Origin: a virus
Taxonomy: Duplodnaviria > Caudoviricetes
DNA length: 29,549 bases
Direction: 5' to 3' (one strand)
IMG/VR virus record: IMGVR_UViG_3300020294_000021
Location: 1 to 29,549 of that record
Shown piece after piece: positions 9,922-21,900 of this stretch. The notes below the pieces were generated by a model. The model was not told the DNA's origin and did not search any database. It saw only the letters and a program-made list of their open reading frames with translations. The translations under genes and the position numbers were made by a program. The number at the start of each line of letters is the position of its first letter. Position 1 is the first letter of the stretch.

Positions 9922-9929
9922 TATTTATA
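9922..9929 (-). promoter_or_regulatory. T4-type late promoter (gp55-dependent) TATAAATA upstream of gp8
   Basis: Plus strand tatttata at 9922-9929 is an exact TATAAATA on the minus strand, in the 44-nt gp7/gp8 intergenic gap, about 30 nt upstream of the gp8 ATG. Confidence 0.85.
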
Positions 9930-9936
9930 GACATAA

Positions 9937-12900
9937 TCAAACTTGTAATCTAATAGCACCAGTATTCCTCAATCCTTTGAGGGATCCGAGAGAATAATTT
10001 CTTCTTTGAAGAACTGGGAATGTAGATAATCCAGAATCAATAGTTAGTCCAGTTACACCAATTGAAATTGGATTTGCTGCTCTAACTGTATCTGCTCCAT
10101 ATAATCTTCCCCATGAAATTGTTCCTAGAGAAGTTGTTATACCAATGTCAGTTTGGTTATACTGTCCAGTAGATGCCATTCCAACCGTATTAGTTGTACT
10201 TAGTATATTACAGGTAATTTCACCTGTCTTATCCGCAGTAGTAATAGCATGGACCTTGTATATATTATCTAAGAACTGAGTACCAATACCAATGAGTGAA
10301 GTATCATGACTGTCAATGGATGTAACACCATCACCAATCTTAGTATCTTTAATAGCAATTGGATATCCAACTCTTAAATCACCTGCCTGATTTCCATCAA
10401 CAGTCTTAAAGAAGAATTTAACAGCAACAGGATTGTTATTTGTACCTGCAGAAGTTGAAATACCAGTGATTATTCCAGTAAATCCTTGAGCAAACTTAAA
10501 TAACTCAATTTTTTCTGGCTTATATGCAGGTCTTTCAATAATAACATTTGGAATTCCTCCCTGATATAATCCAGGATTAGTAATAGTTACTGATGTAACA
10601 GAACCATTTGTAATTGTCGTTGTTGCTGTAGCAGTTGTTCCAATACCAACTCCAATTATTGGTGGAGCTGATAATTTAATAGTAGGAGCAGTAGTATAAC
10701 CAGATCCACCATCAGTGATAGTTATTGAAGTAACCTGTTCTTGAGGAATAGTGGTAGAAGCCATAGAAACAGTATTAAGCATAGCAGTAACAGATGCTCC
10801 TGCTGGACTCTCTGCACCACTTGCTGGTAACATTAATGCGTCAACAGCATCAACTGTAATACCATATCTTTCAGAACTAGGAATGCGAAGTGGTCCTTCC
10901 TCATAGAAGAAGAATTCAGCATCATCTACAAATATTCCATCTTGTAATCCAATACCTACACCAGATGTTGTACTAACATCACCAATGATCTTTGCGGTTG
11001 GATATACACAAGGTTCAAGAGATTCTCTTGCTTTAGTTACCAATTCACCTGCTATTACCTTATCAATCTTCTGTTTAGTCCAACTAAGTGGTTTATCGTC
11101 ATCTTCATTGATTCCTTGTCCAGTATAGATATCGGTTTCAATTAAATCGGATGATAAAATTTCTTTTACAACTCTTTCTCTATCTTGACTAATAGAATTT
11201 GGTAATGCTGGATGACGATAGATTCTAACATCATCACCTGGTTTGATTGTTTCTTGAATATCAATCAACTCAACATCAATTCCTCTTTGTCCAAGATAGA
11301 AGAATATATCAACCTTATCACCAGCACCTGGTGATTCAGTAAATGTAAACGTAGTTCCACCTTCAAACTGATATGCAGTTCCTGGTGTCTGTAATACTCC
11401 ATTTACGAATATTAGTAATACTGCGTTTAGGTTTATATCAGCAGATAATGGATCGGTTTCATCCTTTTCAAAACTGAGCAATTGTCCATTAAAGAATAGA
11501 GGGAATCTCTTTCTAATTCCATTCTGAAGATCTCTAATAGTATCAATAAAGTCTATCTCACCAAATTGCCATGAGGAGAAGTAATCATTGAAGATTTCAA
11601 TAACTTCTAATTCAAAGTCTTTTAATGGTTCCTCAACTTCAGCAGAAGTAACTAGTCCAAGTGGTGTAAATTTATCACCAACTTTAAATGAATGTCCAGG
11701 TCTTGCTATATCAAATTTTGATATTTCAAATAGTGAAGAAGAAATACCTACAGAAGTTTGTGCTGCTCCGACTGTTAAATTAAGTAATAGATTAACACCT
11801 GTAGTTGTTGTTTTTCCAATACCAAGTCTAGAAACACCCTTAACAGGGACATTTTCATAATTTGGTTCTGGGATAACAATTTCAGGATTAACATATCCAG
11901 ATCCACCATTCTCAATGGTAAATTCTAGAGATCCACCAGTTCCATATGGAGATCTACCAACGTCTATACTAAACTTAGTAGTACTTTCAACTGCCTCAAT
12001 ACCAACAGGTCTATTATAAACAGGATCAGTTGTTCTTGGATAAGAATGATTTGTAGCATGACGATCCTTATTACAGGTAAGTGTTAAAGAACCAGCAGCA
12101 ATTTGAACAGTATTATTTGCTCCCATAATATTTGCTGCTATAGACCTCTCATAACTATGGTCTGATACATTTGTTGAAGGTATATTTACTAATGATTGAA
12201 CTTCAAACTTCTTAGCAGTAATATTTGAAACTTGTACCCACCTATTAAAGAGAGGATCTCCTTTTCTTGGATAACTATGCTCACTAATAAATCCATCCTT
12301 AGCACATGAGAATATTAAAGAATTCTCAGCAATCTTAATATAATCACCATTACTAAATCCATGATTTACATTTGTAGTGACTGTTAATATTCCAACATTT
12401 GGATTATATACAGCATTAGTTGTATTTCTAACAGCAGCAGCAGTAAATCCATGAGCAGCAGAAGTCGTAACAGTCATGATTCCACATTGTGGGTCATAAT
12501 CAACTGTATCTGCCGTGAAAGGACCTCCAACATCTGCGGTAATTCCTTCATACTGATAAGGAATACCAACATTACATGTAATAGTACCACCAGACTGATC
12601 TACAGCAGTAATTGCTAATGCTGTATTATATGCTGGATCAGTTGTGCGAGGATATGCGTGTTCTGTAGCATGATTATCAGCATCGCAAGTAAAGTTAAGT
12701 GCTTTAGGTGCGATAGTTACAGTATCACTAGTACTGAAAGTGTGTGCTCCTATGGTTAATACCAATACTCCAGTACTTGGGGTATATGCAGCATTAGTAA
12801 CATCCTTTTTAGTGCTACCAATGGTAACGGCATTGCTTATAGAACTCTTGTATATGTGAGTCCCAATAGAATTTACAAATTTATGAGTATTTGATGCTAT

Positions 12901-15900
12901 CTTAGCAGTTACTATTGCTCCTTTACCAGCACCACCACCAGATCCAACATTAGTTGAAATTGTATCTAATGTTGTGGATACTATTGGTAAGAAAGTATCA
13001 TATGCAGGATCAGCATTTCCATCACCAGCAACTTGACGAGGATATGGATGATTGCTCATGTAATCATCTTTAGAACAAGTAAACACCATCGATTCAGTAG
13101 CAATCTTAAGTGATTTTGTTGCTTTAGCACCATTAGATGTTGCAGAATCAAATACATGAGCGTAATACCCACCAGATTTAACAGCTCCTGCTGTAGCACT
13201 TACAAATGTATGAGGATCAGTGTTTGTAGAAGGAACAGTGTTCAATACCTTTAAGGTTATTGTAGTTGCTGTTACCGATTCAATAGTAATCGCAGTATTA
13301 TAATATGGATCATTTCCATTAGATCTTGGATATGCTTTCTGAGCAGCAGCACCAGTAGCACCATTATATCCACAACTGAAGGTAATTGATTCTTCTTCCA
13401 ATTTAACACTTGTACCTGCTGTCAAACTATGAGCACCAATCTCTAAAGTCATTAATCCAGTATTAGGATCATATGTAGTACCTGATACTGGTGTATGTGA
13501 AACTAATGGACTTGTCCCAACATTAACTTCAAATTCAGTTGATGTTGCATTAGAAACTAATAACCATTTACCATTTGATGGATCACTTTCTCTTGGATAA
13601 GTGTGTGTAGTGGAATTATTATCCATAGCACACTTAAATGTGATTGAATTCTGTTCAAAGTAAACTTGCTCATTATTAGTGAATACTCTTGGTGCAAATA
13701 CTGCTCCAGCAGTAGCACTAACAAATGTATGAGGATCAACGTTTGTAGAAGGAGTAGTACTCAATACTTTCACCGCAACTGTTCCAGCGACAGTATCTAC
13801 AGCAGTTATATCTAAGAAAGTATTATATCCAGGATCAGGAGTTCCAGCATTTACGCCTGTTCCAGTTGCTCTTGGATATGTTTTCTGAGCAGCAGAACCT
13901 GTAGCACCGTTATATCCACAACTGAATGTTAATGAATTTGCTTCTATCCTAAGTTTATCGTTGGTAGTTAAAGTATGTGTACCAATTGTCAATACTATAA
14001 TACCAGTGGTTGGATTATAAGTAGCATCACTAACGTCAAATTTTGTACCAGCACTTGCTGTTAATATTCCAACATTAGCATCATATTCGGCAGAATTAAC
14101 TGTTAAATCAACTGGTCCTGGTATTCCATGATTGGATACTGTCATTAAGAAAGCACCTGTAACTGAATCATAATCAGCATCTATAGGTGTTAAATTTTGA
14201 CCCATAAAGGATCCAGTGTATGCTGTGACAGAATCTGTGGCAGCACTTACAAAATTATGAATATAAGCAATATCAGTAACACCAATAGAAACTGGTTCAC
14301 GATATCCAGATCCAAATGTTAATTCGTTTTCATAACGCCAAACTGAACCACCTTTAACATATACATGTGGGATACTGGTAATTCCAACATTAACTTCAAA
14401 CGATCTTTCAGAAACAATACCAACTAATTGAAGTGGTCTTTCATGATCTTGGAATATTGTTGTAGTAACTCCTACATATCCACCACCACCAATTGTTCTT
14501 ACAGCATTAGTTGTTGCTGAAACGAACGTGTGTGCGTCTGTATTGGTAGGTGTAACACCAAACAATACATTCACCTTAAATGTATCTGTAGTAACGTCAG
14601 AGACGTACATATACCTATCATAGGCAGGGTCAGTTTCTCTTGGATATGCCTTTTCAGCAGCAGCACCCGTAGCACCGCCATATCCACAACTGAAGGTAAT
14701 TGATTCTTTTTCTAACTTAACTGCATCACCATTTGAAAGACCGTGACCAGCAATTGTTATTACCATATCACCCGTTGCTGGATCATATGTTGTGCCTGTA
14801 ACAGGAGTACCAACAGCATTAGTTGGACAAATAAATTCAAAATCTTCTAATTTAACTGTATCAGGACTACCTAATCCAAATCCATGAACTTTATTAGTTG
14901 TAACTGTAATAATTCCAGTATTGTTATCATAATTTGCAGTTTCAATACCAGAACCTATAGGTCCAACTGACATACCCATACCAACAATACTACTAATAGC
15001 ACTATTGGTCATCTTAGGATAGACTCTAGCACCAACTAGTGGAGCATATCCAACACCAGTAGTAGAACCCATAGAAACAATCAATCCACCTCTTGGAACC
15101 TGATTTTGATTAATATCAAATTCTGATTGAATTAATTGTCCATTTTCAGAACTAATTCCAGTAAAGGTAACACTAGAGACTCCAGAAACAGTATCTGCTT
15201 CGATTTCATAATTATTGCCTAAGTTGTTAAGTGTTAATGGTGTCTGGAATACTCCATTAATGAATAAAATACCATTTCCTACACCAACACCAGTAGAAGT
15301 ATTAGCACCACCAACGGTTAGACTATAAGTTCTGCCAATACCAGTAAAGGAATCTGATATATCATCAAATACCATATTGGTATCATAATTTGTTCTTAAG
15401 AATGTTCTACCACTAAATTCTGCCTTTACATATGGGAGATTAGTAGCATCTCTTCTAGTTCTAGTATTACCTTTAGGTGGATCTAAGAACCACAATGTAC
15501 TATCAACAATATTAAATGATCCTCTATGTACTTGAACACTAGTTGTAGCAGTATGAACACCAGCAGATACACCTAGAGATCCTCTAATAACCTTAACTTC
15601 AGGAATAGTTCCATTGAATGAATTAATAGTTGCACCTGTTTCTGTAGCAAATCCAACTTCAACAACCTTCATATATTCATCATCAATCTTCAATACATCC
15701 CTTGGTTGTACTGAACTAATACCACTTAAACTGAATTGTGATAATCCAATACCAATATCATTTGATAATGTATGCTTAATTGATGTATATGTAATTGGTT
15801 GTTGAATAATACCATCAAGACCAATAACAGTTTTACTCAATTTATTGGACATTTCAAGTTTATGAGCATTGCCAGAACCAACATTTGTTACTTCAATTGG

Positions 15901-18900
15901 TTTACCGTCAGCAATATATTCTTTCTTGGTGAATAGTTGGAAAGAATCTGGAGTTAATGCCTTAACAAATACTGTTGGTGGCATAATAGTAACCAAGTTA
16001 CCATCATTATCTGCTGTTTGAGCAATACCTACAGAAACAGGAGAAACACCAATGAAAGTAGACGCTGCTTTATATGACAACACTTCATTCGTATTGAAGA
16101 AATGACTAGGTATACTAAACGTAGTTCCTGCTCCAGTTGAATTAATAACCTGAGTGGTATTTGATGGATTAAATTTCTTAAAGTATACTGGAGTTCCTTC
16201 GTGCTTAATATCAAAGTTAATTCTATTTCCTCTTGTGCCATTAATACCATCATAAGAAGATACTATGACTTCGGATGATACTGGACCAAACTGTAAAGCA
16301 CTTGGTTCATTTTCAAAATCATTTACAGTTTGGAATATTTCAGTAAATGCTTGAATTTCTACCAATCCTGAATTATACTTAGAGTCTGGATAAAACTCAA
16401 GTCTAACCTTTTGATTAGTAATATCAGTAACTGTGCCAAATGTTCCTATACCACTTATATCATCAATTGAAACATGTGGATATTGAATACTTATAGCATC
16501 ATCATTTTGATCTTGAATAAGTAATGCTTGATGAATAGCACTAGTTTGACCACAAGAAACTCTAACTAATGCTTTTATACTACTATCAACATTTCTATCA
16601 ATAGTTGTAATTGTTGCTGATGTGCCGTTATTCGTGGTAACATAATTTGATTCAAATCTAGCAGTTCTTTCAGATCCATCAGGTTGTCCTGGAACTTGAT
16701 ATCTAAATGTTCCAATACCAGCAGTTGTAGTTCCTAAACCAACAACATTAGCACTAACAACTAATTTAGATGATCTATCATTGATACAATCAAAGAAAAT
16801 TGTACCAGAATCATATCTAGCAGTTAATACACCAACTTTACTATTAGAACTAGAACTATATGTAACTCCTAAAACGTCAGTATAAGATTCTGAAATATAA
16901 GTATCTGTACCATCGAAGTTAACAATAACTTCATTATAATCAATTTCACCAGAAGCATCATCTCTAACTAAAACATTAGCAAAGAAACCATTAAAATCTG
17001 TATCTGAGAATTGTAAAATATTAGTTGTAGTTGTGCCAGTAACAATAACATTATTACCACTCATTGCTGTTTGTGCAGCAGAAACCGCAACATTTTTACC
17101 AACTAAATCTACACATCCAATTTCTTTAATACCATCAGATATTGTATCTGTATTAAATGATGTCTTAACAACTTTTATATCAAAATCCTTTTCAAACTTT
17201 TCAATAGGAGAGAATTCTAAAGTTTTTCTATTAAATCTATCAATCTTAGTATCAAATGATCCCAATACTTGATTAGTGTAATCACTAGTTCTTTCTAATA
17301 AGAAAACATCACTTGTAGTAGTTAATGTGACTATATCGTTAATTTGAACGTCAAAGGTATCAGCATCAACAACCTGTATTGTATATTTTGAGAACCTTGA
17401 TGATATTTCTTCAATTTCAGTAAATCCATCTTGACTTCCTTTACTTGAGAACTTATCACTTATATCATCATGTATTAGAACTCTATTAGTCTTACACTTA
17501 GTAAAGTCTGTTAATTTTCTATTTTTAAAGTCAATAAATTTAGATTTATTGTCTCTAGCATCATAATCAATAACCAAATCAAAGTCATTAATTGTATCTA
17601 CTCTTCTCTCACCGAATACATCTAGAATAACCACTGCACTTGATGGTTCAGTGCTTCCTAGACCCACTCTAACATCAACATTAGTCTCAACTAACGTATC
17701 AGCAAAATTCTTTAATCCTGCTGGATGTATGACCCTATTCAGAGGATCTACAAAATCATCCCACGCTTTAGAACTTCTAACAGAGTATGATAAGTTTTGA
17801 TAATAATCATTATTAGGTAATACTTGGAAATCTTCATTTAAAAGTCCTGTATTATCATTCCATCCAATCTCTCTTCTATTTGAGAAGTCAACATCAAATT
17901 TAGCAGAATTTGCCACAATTCCAGTAACTGTAGCAGTAACACCACTAAATTCTCCAGCGATTCTATCCCCAATCTTCAGAACATGAAGTCCTGATGTTTT
18001 GATAAAATCTTCTCTAATATCAATCGCCTTAAGATCTTTAGATTGGAATGTATTTGTTTGACCTTCTTTAACTAATAATGGTTCATTAATTGAGAATTTA
18101 GATCTACCTTGAACAGGTGCAAATACTGGGTACTTATTTCTGTTTATAACATTGGCATATCCTGATTGATATGTCTTAGCAATTCCTGGATTAGTCGTTA
18201 TTCCTGCTAAATCAAATTCTAAAATATCTGGATTTGCCGAGATATAAGATTTAACTTTAAAGAACTGATATCCATGATTTGAGGAGTTCCATCCATCACC
18301 ATCTGTTGATATACCAGTATTTGAAGAAGTTTGAGTACCTATACCAGATTCTCCAAATAATTGAATACCTTCAACAAATATTTCATCATCAATCGCAAAT
18401 GGTGCTTGAGTATATCCATTAATTGGAGTCTCCATCACACATCTAGCAGTAGTATTATTGATAACTGTCATGGAATTAATACCAATTCCATTTGAATTAT
18501 TAATAGCAATAACTCTATGTGTTATAGATTCTAATCCTTTTATAGGAGCAATTACACTAACTCCAGCAACACCTTGATTAGGAACTAACGCTTCTAATGA
18601 AGTATCGTCAACAACTTCGCCCGTTTCTGGATTAATTAGAACTAAATCAGGTGCATTTAGATAATCAGTTCCAGTATCAACAACAGAGACACTATCAATA
18701 AAGTCTAAATCATCAATTCTAACAACTGGTGATATAAATGCCTCTGGTCTCAATGTTCTGTCTGAAGAATATTCGTATCCAACATCAACAATTCTCAAAT
18801 CATTGATTCTACCAATTGATGTTGATATTGCTACAATATTGGCGTTAGATCCACTTACACTATTAACTGAAAGGAATTTTGGTACTTTCTTATAACTAGA

Positions 18901-21900
18901 TCCTTCAGAAATTAATCTAATATTCTTAATAGGTCCTTCTACATTTCCAGACTTACTAGAATATTCAAGTTTATCGCATTGATCTTCTTCATATTTTAAA
19001 ACTTCTGGAATTGATCTAGGAGAGAACTTAAATGTCTCAGTAGTAGAATCAAATATATTATATTCACCAGAATACTTACTATCAGTAAATACAATCTTTG
19101 AATAATTTTTTACATCTTTATCAGAAGTACTAATATAACCACCTTTCTCTAAAGCATAGTATAAAATAGCAGGAACTGCTGTGGAGAATCCTATCGATAC
19201 TGCAGCACCAACAACGGGACTGGATAAGAATGTACCAACACCAATTGTTCCTATACCACTAACATTAAATTCATTAAGATCACCAGCAGTTACAAATTCA
19301 TTCTTAAATTCATGATCATAGAAGAATTTAAGATTATAACCTGCTAGATTAGTAGATCCAACACCAAATGTTAATTTAGAATTTTTAACAACATCTATCT
19401 TAGGATTAACTAAAGATAACTTATGATAATTTCCACCAATTCCAGTAATATTGACAAATAATGGTGGAGTCAAAAATGTATCAGTATAAGTTTCTGATAA
19501 ATTAAATTTATTTGAATCTAATACATGAATATAATAACATCCTGTAGTGAGTCCAGTAGCTACTTCAGTACTATCGTAAAATACTTTATCCCCAGTTTTA
19601 TAACCATGATCAGTAATTGTTATGGAATTAGTAACAATATCAACATCAGGAGACTCAAAACCTACAGTATTAATTAATAATTTCTGATATTGCTCATTAT
19701 AATCTAAGACTAGTGGTGAAGTTGTACCTAATCCTACTGTAGTGTTTGGTACAACATTAAGACTAACCCTATCACCATTCTGCAATCCATGAGTTGTTGT
19801 ATTAGCAGCACCAATTTTAGTGGTTACTGTGGAAACTATTCTATCAATATTACCTGTTAATTGGGTAAAATTAGTTTCTAACTGATACTGATAATCGTCA
19901 TCACCATTTCCAAAGAAGAATAAACCACCTTCAGTATTTGCTGCCCCAACATTAGTAGCAAGTCCAATATAATCAGTTCCTTTATCAACAATATAAAGGT
20001 CTATGGTAGATGTAGTTTGATCAGGAATATAGAATTGATTAGCAGCATCTACTGTTCTACCTACTAAGAATGAGGATTTAGCAGGTCTCTTTGTGAAAGT
20101 AACTTTTTCTCCACCTTTAAATGGGTGTGATGGTAAATAAATGCTTTGTGGTGGGACATTAATTGACTTTGTAGACTCTCCTATAGCATAATCAATAACA
20201 CTTCCTGATGTAGTACCAATACCAACTGATAGAGTTCCATTAAAATGCTCAATTAAATTAAGATCGGAGTTAAATGGAGTGGTCTTAACTGGAATACTAA
20301 TCTTTGTATTCAATACGTCAATTTGTGATCCAAGAGTATGAGCAATACCTGATGAAGGTCTAAATGCCCTAATAATAGATCCTATCTTATAAAGATTCAA
20401 TACCTTCAGTACTTCATCACCTACTCTAAGAGATCCACCAATTGAAACTGTATTTGGTATGTAATTAACGTAGATATCTTCAGTAATACCAGCACTGTTA
20501 TTATTGAGTGACATTGTTTTTGCCAATCCAATAACATCTGTACTAACACCTACAGTAAACGAATTATTTAATTTATAATTAGCAGTGCTTAATCCAGAGA
20601 TCAAAACAGTGTCTTGATCATTTAATTCTATATTCGGTAAATGATGAGCAGTAACAGTATCTGCAGATTCCCAAACAAATACTGCTTTATCAAAGGAAGT
20701 TAATTCAGTATTGATACTAGAAACTCCAATACCAACGATTTCATCAACCTGTCCTCTAGCACCTACACCATTAGTACCATCATCATCAAATACTGTAAAG
20801 TCACCAACTTTATATCCATCACCACCATCTAATATTTGGAATGTATCTACAACACCCCTAGTTACAGACTCAACAATTGATTTTTGCTTAATTGTTTCAT
20901 TGGATTCTATAATAAAATCATTATCAGCAAACTCTTCATTAACTTTATAAGGTAATGTGTTTCTAGAAAGATTAGAGTTATTAAAATCAAATGATTGATC
21001 TAATGTAGTATTTTCCTCGATATAAGGTAATCTATATGTTGGACCAACAAAATATGGATATACTGGATTATCATTAGCATCTCTAGTAGCAAAATATGCA
21101 TATACACCATCTGGGAATTCTGGAGTTTTACCAAATCTTCCATTATGGATGTCTAAATCACCAGATCCATCATAAACATTATCTTCAATAAAGAACTTAG
21201 AAGGATATTCTCCTACAGAAGGTCTATCAGAGTATGATGTGTTATTAACAAAACTGGATTCCATTCTTTTGATTCCAGAGTTGATATCATTAGGATCTTT
21301 ATAAGCAAAAGGTCCATATATTGGATTGCCATCATATGCCCATCCAATTAATGCTGAGTGTGTTCCTACTCCAGCATTAGTAACACCCCCAATATCATTA
21401 AATGATTCTGCTATATCTTGATCATAAGCATGAATACTATATTGTAATAGATCATTATTAAGATTTTCAAGATGATCTATACCCTGCCATTGATAATTAT
21501 CAATAGATAATTTTCTTATTTTAGCATTTAATAATCCATTCTTGCCCCTAGATTCTACAAATATACTTGTATTAGTAGAATAACCAATACCAGGATTAAT
21601 TACAATAATATCATCTAATTGACCCAATTCATTAATAACTGGTTTTAATTGTACTCCACTACCAGTTGTTCCAGATCCAACTACACTAAGTTCTGGTAAT
21701 GAGAAGTATTCTTTTCCTTTATTAACTACAAAAGCATCAACAATTTTTCCACCTTCAATTATTGGTTTTACTTCAGCAGTTCTTCCATTTTGTATTGTTA
21801 CTTGAGGATTAAAATAATGCCCAGAGATTTTTGATCCATATTTACTACCTTGATCATATAGATAAGCACCTGTTATCTCACCAGTAACAATTGGAGTAAA

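Noticed and set aside
13325-14708. Near-identical repeats as a diversity-generating retroelement TR/VR pair or a CRISPR array
   Set aside because: Mismatches are not confined to adenine positions, all copies are in-frame coding sequence, spacing is hundreds of bp and irregular, and there is no reverse transcriptase or cas gene in the window.
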